From: Euprymna scolopes
Taxonomy: Eukaryota
Strand: one strand, 5' to 3'
DNA: 64,000 nucleotides
Assembly (NCBI GenBank): GCA_053919585.1
Contig: CM132784.1
Under the pieces are notes generated by a model. That model was given only the letters and a program-made list of their open reading frames with translations. It searched no databases and was not told the DNA's origin. The first letter of the stretch is position 1. The number at the start of each line of letters is the position of its first letter. Positions 26,058 to 39,400 of the stretch are shown here, one piece after another. The translations under genes and the position numbers were made by a program.

Positions 26058-26870
26058 CTAGCATGGGTGCCCCGCGTTGCCTGGGTGTTTGGAGGTGTGT
26101 GTTGAGAAAAAAAAAAGTGGTAGTAGGAAGGCAGGCTCGAACCTGTAACGTGAAGGAGGAAAAGAATGTAAAAAAAAAGTGACATCTTTACTGTTATGAC
26201 CACCGTCAAACCGAAAGTGACATAGGTTTAAATTAAGGCTAGACAACAGAAAAGAGGGGATGACTTTCGAAAATGTCGGCGAAAAAAGCGACCCCTCCCT
26301 GTAGAAAAGTTCCCAGTTGAGGGTGAAGAAATTAATGTTTTTAGCCAATTTTTCGGTATTTGTCCTCTGAAGGGTCGAGCTTCAAAACGATACTGATCTT
26401 GTAAAAATCCGCCGCTTCTGTCGAAAGTTTTAGGCATACATACATACATTTATATATTGGTAGCTCAAATTTTCGATCAAAACCGATTAAAAAGTTTGCT
26501 CTATCTCTAAATACTCTTTATGTAAAATTTCAAATGTTTAGACCAGAAATTGTCTGAGTAATTGGGTAGAAACCGCAGAGGTCAATTTTTTTAAAATTTT
26601 TAACTTCGACTCCTATTTATTGTTTTGGGCTCAAATCAAGTTATTAAGTTAGATCCATGTCTAAGGAACCTATATCTAAAATTTCAAGTGTCTATACCCA
26701 ACATTGGCGAAGGAGTTTGGTAGAGTTCTCAACTTTGACCCCTTAACAGCCAAATTTCTGGCCGAAAACGGATTATAAAGATTTTCCCAAATCTCACTAC
26801 CCTGTATATCAAAATTTGAGTCTGTAGACAGAAAATTGACAGAGTTATTGTGTAGGGAAATGTACATAGA
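26058..26870 (-). mobile_element. Helitron family A copy
   Basis: CTAG plus hairpin at 26058-26087; body collinear with 18800-19647. Confidence 0.88.
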
Positions 26871-27956
26871 TAGATTCATTTTTTTTTTGTGAACTGTTAT
26901 CCTCAACTTCCTAGTTGTTGTTTCAACGTGTTTCGGGCAACTTATCCTCGAGCTTTCTTTAGGTAAATAACCGAAGGAGTGTCTTAACTGTATATCCAGT
27001 AATTTCTCCCTCCGTAGTTGTTGGTGTCTTACCACGTTTTGGCCAACTAATCTTCTGTTCTGGATTGGGTAGGATTGAAACCGCTATCTTCAGACAATGC
27101 TCACTTTTCAACGCCTCTATCAAGTGTAGCACGGGCCCCAAAAGGTTGGATCTTTTGGTTTTATAAATTCAAGTTTTCTTTCTTACTCTTATCTGATCTT
27201 CTATTATCGGTTCCGTACTTAATGGCATTATATATTGTTCTTTTAATTTTTTGATTGGAATCCTTTGAGATAAGTAATTTGTGTATTTATTTGCGGACTG
27301 TTATCTTCATTTAAACATGGTGAAACAACAACTATAAAAATGAGAATAACAGTTCGCATATAAATCAATAAATAAATACACAAATCTCTCATCTCAAAGG
27401 AATCCAATAATAACAAACAACATATAACTTTCATATTTTTTTTTCAAAGACCAATATAATAATATTCTTATAAATACTCAAAATATCATCCGTGCACTTC
27501 ACGGCAACGCCCTAACCTAGAAATCCAAACTTGCGTGACGTTTGGAAGAGTAAACTACACGATAGCATTCCAAGCTACTGTTATGCACGTTTACAAATCA
27601 TCAATCGAATCTATGTCACGTAGACATAGCTGAGTTTCTACCAATAAAAACTTGCAAACATAGTAATCCATGACATTTAAGTCTGGTGTTTTTGAGAGCC
27701 AATCCTCTAGTGCAATAAAATAGGGAATAAGAAATTAAATCAAAACTCTTGTTGTGTGAGCTTTTGCGCCATCTTGCGGCCATGTTTATGCTTTGCCATC
27801 CATTACATTTCTTATATCGTGTAAAATTTGTTGGCACATCTTTTGACATAAACTTGTTAACTTACTGTTTTCTTCTTACGGTCGAGACTATGATAATACA
27901 TTTACGACCTCAAATATCCCGCTTTTTCTAGCGACCACGCTATATAATATGAATTA

Positions 27957-28137
27957 TTCAAAATACTATAGTCATTAACCTACGTGTAGCACAGCTAGCT
28001 GACCGGGATCGGCGTTTCCCGGTATTATATGGTTATAGCATTCAAAATACTATGGTCATTCACTTAAATATGGCACAGCTAGCTGACCGGGATCGGCATT
28101 TTCCGGTATTATATGTTTGTAGTCTTAAAAATACTAT
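27957..28137 (-). repeat. Two ~84-bp tandem units, each carrying a Helitron-like 3' hairpin + CTAG
   Basis: The minus strand reads accgggaaacgccgatcccggtcagCTAG; the second unit has 2 substitutions in the hairpin. Confidence 0.65.
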
Positions 28138-28961
28138 ACAGTATAGTAAATAATCGGAAACAAAAGAAAAGAGAAGGAAGAAAATTCCATGTTAACTTGA
28201 TTTTAGCAGTAATTGATCTGATTTAACCAGAAACGATTTGATTAAGAAAAGTTATTCATAATATAAATGAAATAACGGAGCTTATTTATTATTTAAAAGT
28301 CATGATATGGTGTTTATATTTTTTGTTGAGAATTAATGGGGAAAAATATATACTAGATTTTCAAGATTTTACTTTACGTCCTGTACGGAGGATTAGGAAA
28401 AGTGTCTTGAAGAGTGTCTTGAAGAGTGTCTAACGCCAATTAAAACAAACAAAAAAACCGGTTGTCATTGCTTACTTTAAAAAATTGACATTAAAATTTC
28501 AGAATTCTGACCTCTTTTTTTTTTAAAGCTATGTTCGAACCCACCAGCCGTGCCAGCTGTTTCTCAAATTTATATTTGTGTTGAAATAGATTTTTTTAAA
28601 AGAGTAATTCATTTCTACCACCCACCGCATGCGCACATTNNNNNNNNNNNNNNNNNNNNNNNNNNNNNNNNNNNNNNNNNNNNNNNNNNNNNNNNNNNNN
28701 NNNNNNNNNNNNNNNNNNNNNNNNNNNNNNNNNNNNNNNNNNNNNNNNNNNNNNNNNNNNNNNNNNNNNNNNNNNNNNNNNNNNNNNNNNNNNNNNNNNN
28801 NNNNNNNNNNNNNNNNNNNNNNNNNNNNNNNNNNNNNNNNNNNNNNNNNNNNNNNNNNNNNNNNNNNNNNNNNNNNNNNNNNNNNNNAATTTATGTGTAT
28901 GTGGCTATGGTTCTATTCATATAAATACATGAATGAATAAAAACATGTAAATATATATCTG

Positions 28962-29019
<58 letters not shown>

Positions 29020-29499
29020 CTTTTAAAGCCCGACTGACAACAGGATGTGATCTATTTAAGCGACAGCTGCTCATTGCTTTCAGTATGTATGTATGTATGT
29101 ATGTATGTATGTATGTATGTATGTATGTATGTGTGTGTTTATAGGTGTGTATGATGTAAGAGATGGGCGAATAAGGAAATCAATCGCTGAAACAACTGAT
29201 GTCGTGTTGGTGTTTATGTACAATATAAACTTGAAGGGGTCATAGGTAATCTCTTTGATTCACCCTAAAACAGGAGATGGGATTCAGATTTGTGGAAAAA
29301 GGAAAAAAAAAAAAATAGGAAGAAGCGTATGATGTTTGCAGGTACTTTTGACAGTCATCTCATTAATGGCTTCCCTTCTCAAACAGAGGTTTGAGGAACA
29401 GAATCATACCAATATATTTATAAATAAGTCTTTTTCTAACTTATGAATCATCACTTATCGAGGCTACAAAGCTACTCGAAGACAAATGTTGAATGGAGA

Positions 29500-30660
29500 A
29501 CCGTAAGAGAGCTCGAAGAATGTTTGATGAAAGTGACCAAATTCGAATACAAGAATCTATTGAAGACAAGAATCTATTGACATTGGTGTTGTAAGGCGAC
29601 CATGTTGTAATCTGCATGGGATCATTCTCGCGGTAATGTGTTCCAAAAAACGAAAAACCCCTTGTGAAGAAGTCGTATTCGCGGAAATTCCGCTTGGCGC
29701 CAAGCACTTGGAAGGGATTGGACATTTGTTTTCGTCGCGGTAAAATGNNNNNNNNNNNNNNNNNNNNNNNNNNNNNNNNNNNNNNNNNNNNNNNNNNNNN
29801 NNNNNNNNNNNNNNNNNNNNNNNNNNNNNNNNNNNNNNNNNNNNNNNNNNNNNNNNNNNNNNNNNNNNNNNNNNNNNNNNNNTGTAAGTATATAATGTGG
29901 CGAAAAATCACGACTGAGTTATAATGCCGAAAGTCAGACGCCTCCTTTTCTTTTATAAGTGCTAGAAAGACAATTATCCTCCGACGTCTGAACGCCAACG
30001 ACCTAATCTTAGCAGAAATAATCTAGACAGATGAAAAGGACATTATTTTTGCACCAACCTAATATATATATTTGTGTCATCCCCCTTCCCAAAAGTAAGG
30101 AGAAAAGAAATGAAGTAATTCCAACAGGGATAGCGTGGCGCGAAAAAAAAAAAAAAAAAAAGAAAGCCATGTACGAAAAAAACGCCCAAAAAGATTATTC
30201 AAGATGTAGTCAGTGTAAAGAGAGGCCGCTAAAGGTCTGACATCTTTTCAACTGCGTTATATGCGAATCTATGTCGTAACGATGCACCCAAGTCAATTCA
30301 CAGGGATGAACCTGAGGAAACATAGCAAAGCTGATGGCAGATTTTGCTTACGCATTGCACAGTGAAGGAACTTAAAACCCATGTTTGAATTTCAGTCGGA
30401 TCTACCTGTAACGATATGTATGGACATGAAACCCTAGATGGAAAAACGAACACATCAGTCCACATTATTAAGATTGGTGAATAGCCAAATTAAAGCTTAC
30501 GCCCATCGACGTAATGAGCCACAAAAGTCAAACTTGGACAGAATTGTTCTTTCATTATGCCACGAGGAATTATTCACCAAAGGAAAGCCACCAGGAAAGG
30601 AACAACGCGAATGCTGTTAAAAAGGATGTGAAGTAAAAGACTGGATTGTTGTGCGCTGAG
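29500..30660 (+). mobile_element. Possible highly decayed piggyBac-like transposase C-terminal remnants
   Basis: Only weak motif resemblance (RPLKV-HLFN, DMYGH, scattered Cys). No TIR or TTAA site identified. Confidence 0.25.
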
Positions 30661-32443
30661 TTCTCGGAAAACTTCGGAATCGGAAACGTTACTTCTTTTA
30701 GACATTTTATCAAATAGCTACGAACATCGTGTGATTTATCATCACACGACTCATCCCCTGTAGACAGCTAAAGTAAGTTTGTATGACTGTCATGTTTAAA
30801 TGTCATTCTTAGTCTTGGATTCGAGAGATTTAAAATTTCATTGCTTTTGTTCTAATTCGCCCCCTCATCTCGGCTCATGGAGTATTATATGAAAATTTAC
30901 TTTCGGGGTGATTTAATCCTATGCTGTAATAAAATATCCATATATAAATCAACGGTTATTAATACGTTTTGTAGTTTTTTTTCCATCCGTATGCATCACT
31001 TTGTTATTTCACGAGAATAACTGATCAAGAACCAGGCAACGTGTCATTGAGGGGACATAACCCTAACGGCCGACACATCGCTTTATCTTTCCTTTTTAAT
31101 TATTGTGTTGCGAGCAACGTAGAGAGAAACTACCGTACCATAGAGTTACGGATTCTGTACAGGCGACTTCGCCCGAGCAAAGTTAANNNNNNNNNNNNNN
31201 NNNNNNNNNNNNNNNNNNNNNNNNNNNNNNNNNNNNNNNNNNNNNNNNNNNNNNNNNNNNNNNNNNNNNNNNNNNNNNNNNNNNNNNNNNNNNNNNNNNN
31301 NNNNNNNNNNNNNNNNNNNNNNNNNNNNNNNNNNNNNNNNNNNNNNNNNNNNNNNNNNNNNNNGGAGAGAGGTCAGCAAGGTCATCTCTCTTTTAGGAAC
31401 AAGAAGTAAACTATGCATTTTATTATCACTGTTTATTTGGGAATCATTATTAACGGAACTAATTTCCTCTTTTACAGTACCAAAAGAACGGAATAACAAA
31501 AGCTTTTACAACTTTCCATTTTACTTCACACTTAGATATTTTCTATATGTTTATTAGTGTATGTGCTCCAAAGATTGGTGTGTGTGCATCTTGGTGAGAG
31601 GGGAATTTCATTACTGTTATTAGAAAAACTTGTCTCCAAATCCAGCAGTCATCATATTGGGTTGAAGGCTTGAGAGTTTTCTGGTCGATTATTTGTTTCC
31701 TTTATTAAATTCGAGAGGCTTCAGTAATTACGCTTAATAATTTTGTTGTAGACATCTGTGTTTTTATATATCTTTTAGTTTGCCATTGATTCTTGCTGAC
31801 CTAGTTGTATGCAACGAATCTCTGTTTTCAACCTCTATGTGTGCATTTCTTTAAAAAGAGAAAAGAAAGAGAAGAAAAAAAATAAAAGGAAAGAGTGGGT
31901 CAAAACGGGAAGCGAGGAGAAGGCAGTGGCTTGAAATCTTAGTAATTTATTTCACTTTCTCTCGTCTACCAAGCTTATTTCAGAAGAAAAGAGAGGTATT
32001 TAGGATAAAAAAAGAAGAGTCTAAAGGAAGAAGGTAACAATAGAAAGAAAAATGTAGAGGATAATACGAATAAGTGTCGGTAAAGGGAAGGGAGAGGAGT
32101 GAAAAATAATAACGTGAGGAACGGCTATAACGCGGAAATGACAATGTGAAGTTGAAGGAAACGAAAGAGGAAGAAAACAAAGGAGACAAAAAAGGAAATG
32201 GGAAGGAATCAAAGAAGAAAGTAAAAGAGCGAAGAGGAGGAGAAAAGAAGCAGAAACCAAAGTATAAAAGGAAAATAAAAGAAATTGATATGGTATTGAT
32301 TTTAAANNNNNNNNNNNNNNNNNNNNNNNNNNNNNNNNNNNNNNNNNNNNNNNNNNNNNNNNNNNNNNNNNNNNNNNNNNNNNNNNNNNNNNNNNNNNNN
32401 NNNNNNNNNNNNNNNNNNNNNNNNNNNNNNNNNNNNNNNNNNN

Positions 32444-32986
32444 TTGGACACATTCCAAGTCCTCATATCTATTTAACTATGAATGGTAGTAAGATGAAAT
32501 TGGTGTCATTTTAAAGTTAAATGCATTAAGTGTTTGTAATTTTGCTATTGAAATTTTTCATTTCTTTTCAGATCCAGTAATGGCGTTCACTCAACCAGAA
32601 AAGGCGTTTTTGTGCTTGAATTTGCAAAAACTGAATCATGGACATTTATTCACGTGCCTCTCAGATCTCCAAATATCACACCTTGCAATTATTTTGTCAG
32701 GCTTTGTGAAAGGACTGGTCTATATACCTCCCATTCCAAGAGACATGGATGAACTAAAAGCTCTAATAACAGAATCTGTTTCAACAATTTTCAACGCAAT
32801 GCTGGGACGCGTTTGGCAAGAATTGGAGTATCAGTTTAATGTGTGTTGTTTGGTGTCACATTGAAAATCTTTGAATATTCCATGAAAAGCTTGAGATTAC
32901 AAGCTTTCTGAGTATATCAGATGCGTTTTTATATCCTTAAACGTTCTACAAATATTCAATGTCCAAAGACTTTCAGAATACCCTGT
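32444..32986 (+). mobile_element. Internally deleted Tc1/mariner-superfamily element
   Basis: N-terminal MAFTQPEKAF(C)VLEFAKTESW fused to C-terminal GFVKGLVYIPPIPRDMDELKA...MLGRVWQELEY. Ends ...accctg|ta; the left end is in an N-block. Confidence 0.75.
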
Positions 32987-32989
32987 ATT

Positions 32990-35655
32990 GCAGTGGGGGC
33001 ATGTGTGGGTAATCGATTGAGCAGTGGAAGGTGCAGGAGGAGCTGTTGGTAGTAGATTTCTGCTTCCTCCTGTTTTCTGTGGCTTTATGGAGGTCCTTTT
33101 CTGAGTGATCCGTGTCTTCATGTACCATCCTGCTTCACATGCCCCTCTGGAAAGCAGCATCCTCCCAGCTTATGAGGCTGAAATGCCAGTGTCTCAGGTG
33201 GGTCTTTATATTGTCCTTATATCTCTTTTTCTGTCCCCCCCCCTGGAACTGTTTTCCCTCTTTTAGCTGACCGTAGAGCATTTGCGTTGGAAGGCGGTTG
33301 TCAGGCATGCACACAACATGGCCCGTACATCGCAGCTGGTGTCGGACAATGGTTGTGGTGATGGTAGGTATGCTGGCCTTCTTCAGGACGCTTACATTTG
33401 TTTGTCGATCCTCCCATCCAATCCTGAGACAACGCTGATGATACTGTTCCAGGGCCTTCAGAGGTCTGCGGTAGGTGGTCCAGCTGTCGGCCCCATAGAG
33501 AAAAGTGGGCAGGACAACTGCTTTACAGACAAGCAGCTTGACCCTGCTCTGTATGTCCCGATTTTCAAACACCCGTTTCCATAGCCTGGCAAAGGCTGCA
33601 CTGATGCATCCGATGTGGTGGTTAATCTCTGCGTTGATGATAAATCTTGTGAAGAGAAGAGGGCCAAATTGATCCACATTTTCTAAGGTTTCCACAGAGA
33701 TTGTGGGCGACTGTGGGTGCATGCCACGAGCTGGTTGATGTAGGATCTGGGTCTTTTTGATGTTAAGGTCAAGTACCAGGAGCCGATATGCTCTGGAGGT
33801 CCGCTTCTTAGTGAGAAACCAGCGCATTGTCATCTGCGTATTGAAGCTCTATGAGAGATGATGTGAGGACTTTGCTTTTTGCCCTAAACCTACTGATGTT
33901 AAAGAGTTCGCCATCTGTCCTGTACATGAGTTTGATTCCCTCAGGTAGGTTCTGTCTGGTGAGGTGAAGGATAGTGGAGATGTAGATGGCAGACAGGGCT
34001 GGGGGCAATGATGCAACCCTGCGTGACACTGGTGTCAACTTTGAAGTGAAATGTTTCCAAGCTGCCATTGCCGACCACAACTGCCGTCATGTCATCATGA
34101 AAAAAATCTCAAGATTTTTAGATACTTGTCTGAACATCCAATCTTGGAGAGGACACACCAGACGGCAGTTCTGTTCGTAGAGTCGAAGCCCTTTGTGAGG
34201 TCAATGAACGCCATATACAGCGGAAGGTGTTGCTCCCAACATTTCTCATGCAGTTGAAGAACTGTAAAAATCATATCAGATGTTCCTCTGATAGGACGAA
34301 AGCCACACCGTGACACTGGTAGAATGTTTTCTGACAGCCGAAACAACCGGTCAGCCAATATATGGGTTAGTACTTTGTCTGTTGTGGACAGTAAGAATAT
34401 ACCTCTGTAGTTGCCACAGTCCACTTTATCTCCTTTCTTGAAGATTGTGATGACCAAAGCATCCCTATGTTTTGCTGGTATTTCTTCCTTATCCCAGATT
34501 TTAATCAAGAGGCTATGGATGTGGCAATATAGTTTTGGCCTGCCTTGCTTGAGGATTTCTCCAGGAATTCCATCTGGCCCAGAGGCCTTGTTGTTTCTCA
34601 GTTTCCTGGTGGCATCATCGACCTCCTTTTCTGTTGGGGGGAGAGGCACCCAGGTGTTCCATGGCAGGAAGCTGAAGAAACTAGTTGATAGTTTCCAGCT
34701 CAACTGGGGTGTTTCGATTTAGGAGCTCCTGAAAGTGTTCTCGCCATCTGCAAATGATGCGCACACTGTCCTTCAGCAGAGTTTTTCCGTCCGATAGCTG
34801 GGCCCATACACAGCCTTGGTGGCATTAAAGAAACCCCTCGCGTCTCCTGAGTGAGCGAGCCTTTGGATTTCCACGGCCTTCTCCATCCACCATTTGTTCT
34901 TCAGCTCTCTTAATCTAATCTGGATGAGTGCCTTTGTCTTGGACTGGGTCTGCCTTTTGGCCTTACAGTTGATGTCATTTTTCCACATACAGAAGGCCTT
35001 TCTCTTGGCGTCAAGAAGATGTATTTCGACATCGTTGTCATCGAACCAGTCTTTGCGTTTCCTGGTTTTATAATCAATGGTGTCTTTGCTGGTCTCAAAA
35101 AGTGTGGTCTTAAGGGCTTTCCAGTGTTCTCCCACGCCCACTGGATATTCTTTAGGGAGCCTCTCAAGCAGGATGTTTTGAAATTATTGCACCCTGTTTG
35201 TGTCTCATAGACTGTTGATGTTGAATTTGGGGCGGAACTGCTTCCTTTGTGTCCTCCTCCTTATCCTCCTGCCCAGCTTGATGTTTATGGTTGAGCGGAT
35301 GAGGCGGTGGTCAGTCCAGGATTCGTCCGCACTTATCATGGCCTTGGTGATGTTGACATCTCTGCAATCCCGAGCCCTGACAATCACATAATCGATGAGA
35401 TGCCAGCGCTTCGATCGAGGATGCAACCAGGAGGTTTTGTGTCGGTTTCTCTAACGGAATTAAGTGTTTGTGATCACAAGTTCATGTTCTGCACATTTAG
35501 ACAGTAGGAGGAGTCCGTTAGTTTTGACATTCCCACATCCTCCCTGCCCAAAGTGCCTTTCCAGAGGTTGTGATCCCTGCCAACACTGGCATTGAAATCC
35601 CTGAGTGGAAGGATCTTGCCTTCCTTTGGGAGTTTTGATAACACCTGGTCAAGGT
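32990..35655 (-). mobile_element. 5'-truncated, frameshifted RTE-clade LINE
   Basis: MHPRSKRWHLIDYVIVR...WTDHRL; KASGPDGIPGE, NYRGIFLLS, CGFRPIRGT, FIDLTKGFDS; LQYADD; C-terminal HTCPHC. Confidence 0.93.
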
Positions 35656-36425
35656 TTTTTTTTCTACAGGAATCATCACTTATCAAAGCCCGGAGACCAC
35701 TCGAGGATAAGGATTAATGGTATACATTAGTCAATGTAGTCAATGTGATTATAGCGTAGTAAACATAAGTAGTGGAAATTTTGTAAATTGGATTACTTAG
35801 GGGAACGGTTCATCAAGAATTTGTTTACGTTGGACTTGAAGACAATCAGAGGTCTTCTTTTCTTCATCATGTGAGTCCAAAGTTGGAGTATAGGCACTCA
35901 CAGCCGTGGCTATGTTTTTTTGGGAGACTCAGTCGTAGAGTCATGAGACGATCATTGATGCCTACTGGAGATTCGGAAAATTGGGAAATGAGCTGGTTCT
36001 TGATGGCTAACCACAAAGTAAACAAACACATTGTCCAGAAGAAATCAGTAAAGCATACCGTTGATAACAGGGATGAGAGTGGATAAAGAAGAAATAGGCA
36101 TGCTGTGTCGCTAGTGGTTGAAAAAAGGATGTAAAGACCAACCGGAAGAGGAAATTAGGAAGAAAATAACTTTTAGTTAATAATAACTGAAAGGGAGATA
36201 ATGGGTTCAAAACAGGGAGGTAGAACACCTAATTTGAAGGCAAGAAAGGTATAAAATAACAAATATCCAAACAAGTTGACCTGATGAGAAAAAATATGAT
36301 TTTCGCAATCAGCAGCCCAAATTAGTCTAAATCAGCCAGGAAACCTTGGGTATCAAAAATGTGTTGGCCAGTCGTATATAATAGTTTATCAATTATAATT
36401 TTGCAATACTGGTTTCATCAGCGTG

Positions 36426-36447
<22 letters not shown>

Positions 36448-36475
<28 letters not shown>

Positions 36476-39400
36476 ATTCAATTTTCACCCCAAACAAGGC
36501 ACAGTGCCACTTTGAAGCAGGGGGCTACTATTAGGGAATTAATTAGCGGGGTCATTATGAAGGGAGAAGAGTAGAAAGATGTTTGTTAACATTACACTTG
36601 AACTTCTGCATATCATTGCAGTTGGGAAAGCAGAATCCCGGAAGGGAGTTCCAAAGACCCGCAGTTCTGGGGAAGAAACTATTGGAGTAAAAGGCTTTCT
36701 TGCACCTAGGGATCTCCACTGTAAAGGGATGAGACTTAGTAGCTTGTCGGGTTTGTCGGGGGTAGTTACGTCGGGGAGGTACAAGTGTTTGCAGTTCGTC
36801 AGAGCATTCACCATTAAAGTATTTGTAGAACAGGCAGAGGGATGCAACATCTCGTCGATGGGACAGAGGTTGAAGCCCAGATGACAGTTCAGGACCTATC
36901 AGGTTTGCGACTCTTTTTTGAACCCTGTCCAGGAGCGAGAGACAAGCAGCAGATGCACCAGCCCAGATGTGACAACAGTACTCCATACATGGGCGAATGG
37001 TTGCCTTATAGAGGTATAGGATACTGGCAGGCGTAAGTAGTTTTCTAGCACGGTAGAGGGAGCCAACCTTCCTTGCAGCAGCCTTGGCAATGCTCTCAAT
37101 GTATCTATTCCAGTTCATATTCCCTGTAAACGTTAGGCCGAGGAGTTTAAAAGAAGTACTTTCAGGCAATGTGTTCTTGGCCATTGCTATTGGTGGTAGA
37201 GAAGGTTTCTTGTAGTTATTGAAGGAAACAAGCTTAGTCTTAGCAGCATTGAATGAGACCAACCATTTTTGTCCCCATTCCACTACGGATTGGAGGTCAT
37301 CCTCTAGTGTTTCTGCCATTTTCTTGGATATGTGTTCATTTGTTTTCCCCTCATATCTGTTATAGAGAGTGGTGTCATCGGCAAATATACCCATCTCCGA
37401 AACAATATTATCAGGGAGGTCGTTTATGAATATCAGGAACAATAGAGGTCCAAGGATAGACCCCTGAGGCACTCCCGCATTTATGTCATATTGTTTGGAT
37501 GTACGTCCGTCGAGGACAACTTTGATTTTTCTATTACTTAAGAAGGATTTAATTACGTTATGAATTCTTCCAGTGATTCCATATGATCTAATTTTCCTTA
37601 GAAGACCATCGTGCCATACCCTGTCAAAAGCCTTAGATATATCAAGGGCCACCGCTCTACCCTCCCCTGTTTTATCCAATGAACGGTATATACGTTCAGA
37701 AACTACAGTTAAGATATCTGCTGTTGAACGGGCTTGCCTGAATCCATATTGTTTGTCAGTCAAGAGTTTAGCAGCTGTTAGGTGCTGGACTAGGGCTTTA
37801 TTAACTAAGGACTCAAATATTTTGGCGAAAAGCGGGAGGAGGCTAATGGGGCGATAATTTAGTGGGTCAGTTCTTTCACCAGAATTCTTGAAGACTGGTA
37901 CCACAGAGGCGGTTTTCCAGCAGTCGGGAAAACAAGATTCGTTAAGGCATTTATTGTAAAGTTTGGACAGAACTGGAGCAACCTCGGCAGAGCATTTTTT
38001 TAATAGCACAGCCGGGATGAGATCTGGTCCACATGCTTTAGAGGTGTCTAGGTTTTTTATAATAGCATGTACCTGAGAAGGGGTGATTTTCAAGTCGTCA
38101 AGTGTGGCGTCTGTTCGCAGAGGAAAATCAGGGAGTGAGTGGTGTACCGAGTTCAGTGTGGAGTTTGAGGCAAACCGACTGGCAAGCAGATTAGCCTTGT
38201 CAGTTGCCGTGCAAGCAACCTCATGATTGTTTGTTAGTGGGGGAATAATTGACTGTCCATTATTAACTACGCTGTTGTAGATTTTCCAAAAATCCCGGGT
38301 TCCTAATTTCTGTGCTTCGATGCGCTTTCTGGTGGTTTCAGAGTAATCTGACTTAGCTGTGTCTATCACTCTCTTACAATTATTTCTAGCTTCTATAAAC
38401 TTCTGTTTATTTGAGCTGGACTTATGTCGGTTGAATCTGCGGAACGCATGCTGCCTTTGACAAATGGCAGCTGCACAAGCAGAAGTAAACCATTGGGGGG
38501 AGTGGGGCTTGCTATAGTATTTCCGTGCGGGAACATGTGCTTCAATAGCAGTTTTGAACCATTCAGTTGTCTCATTTGCACACTGTTCCGCTGGAAGAGT
38601 AAAGATATTTTGCCATGGGGCATCTCTGATGAGCTCCCTGATGGCTTCCCAATCAGCCTTTTTGTAATACCTCGTTGTTTTGAGTAGTGGGTCTTCAGTT
38701 TTAGGGCGAGAATTTAGGCTGATTTCTACCATTATCACAGCGTGATCAGCATTCCCGAGTGGGCTATGGGCATTTGTTGTACAGTCATTGGGAACTGTTG
38801 TCAGAAAGAGATCTAGAAGTGAGGCATGTTGATCGTGCTGGTCTGGGAAACGTGTCGGAAATGTAACCATCTGAGATAGGGAATGAGATATAGAGAAGCT
38901 ATATGTGGCGCTACCAGCTACGTCTGTGTGATTTGAGAATCCTAGCCAGTTACTGTGGTGGACATTGAAGTCACCAAATACATGTATTTGTGCGCTAGTA
39001 TCGAGGGAGAGTGCTATATCTATGCTGTCTGAGACTTTGTTTATTAGGGTACAGTCTTGGTTTGAGGGAGAGCGGTAGAGAAAATATAAGTAGCTAATAT
39101 TGTGTTGCATATTTAGTCTGAAGCACATAAAGGCCTGGCCCTCTGATTCTAGTTTTATTTCTCTAGTTAGGGGGAGGGTGTTTCGAATATAGACTCCAAG
39201 TCCATGCATATGTCTGTCCGAGTCCTTACGGTAGAGTGGGAGATAACCAGGCATGTTAAAGTGGTTAGAGGGTATGGAGGAGTGAAGGTTAGTTTCACTT
39301 AATGCTAAGATATCCGGGGTGTTTACAAGGAGAAATGACTCAACATCATCTAAGTTAGTTCTAAGCCCGCGGATATTAGTAAATGCAAGCCTCAAGGGAG

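Noticed and set aside
30700-30780. Exon bounded by ttttag and gtaagt
   Set aside because: Stop codons in all three frames; a non-coding exon cannot be supported from sequence alone.
36275-36335. Hammerhead at CTGATGA-gaaaa...ttttc-GCAA
   Set aside because: It has GCAA instead of GAAA and no convincing stems I or III.
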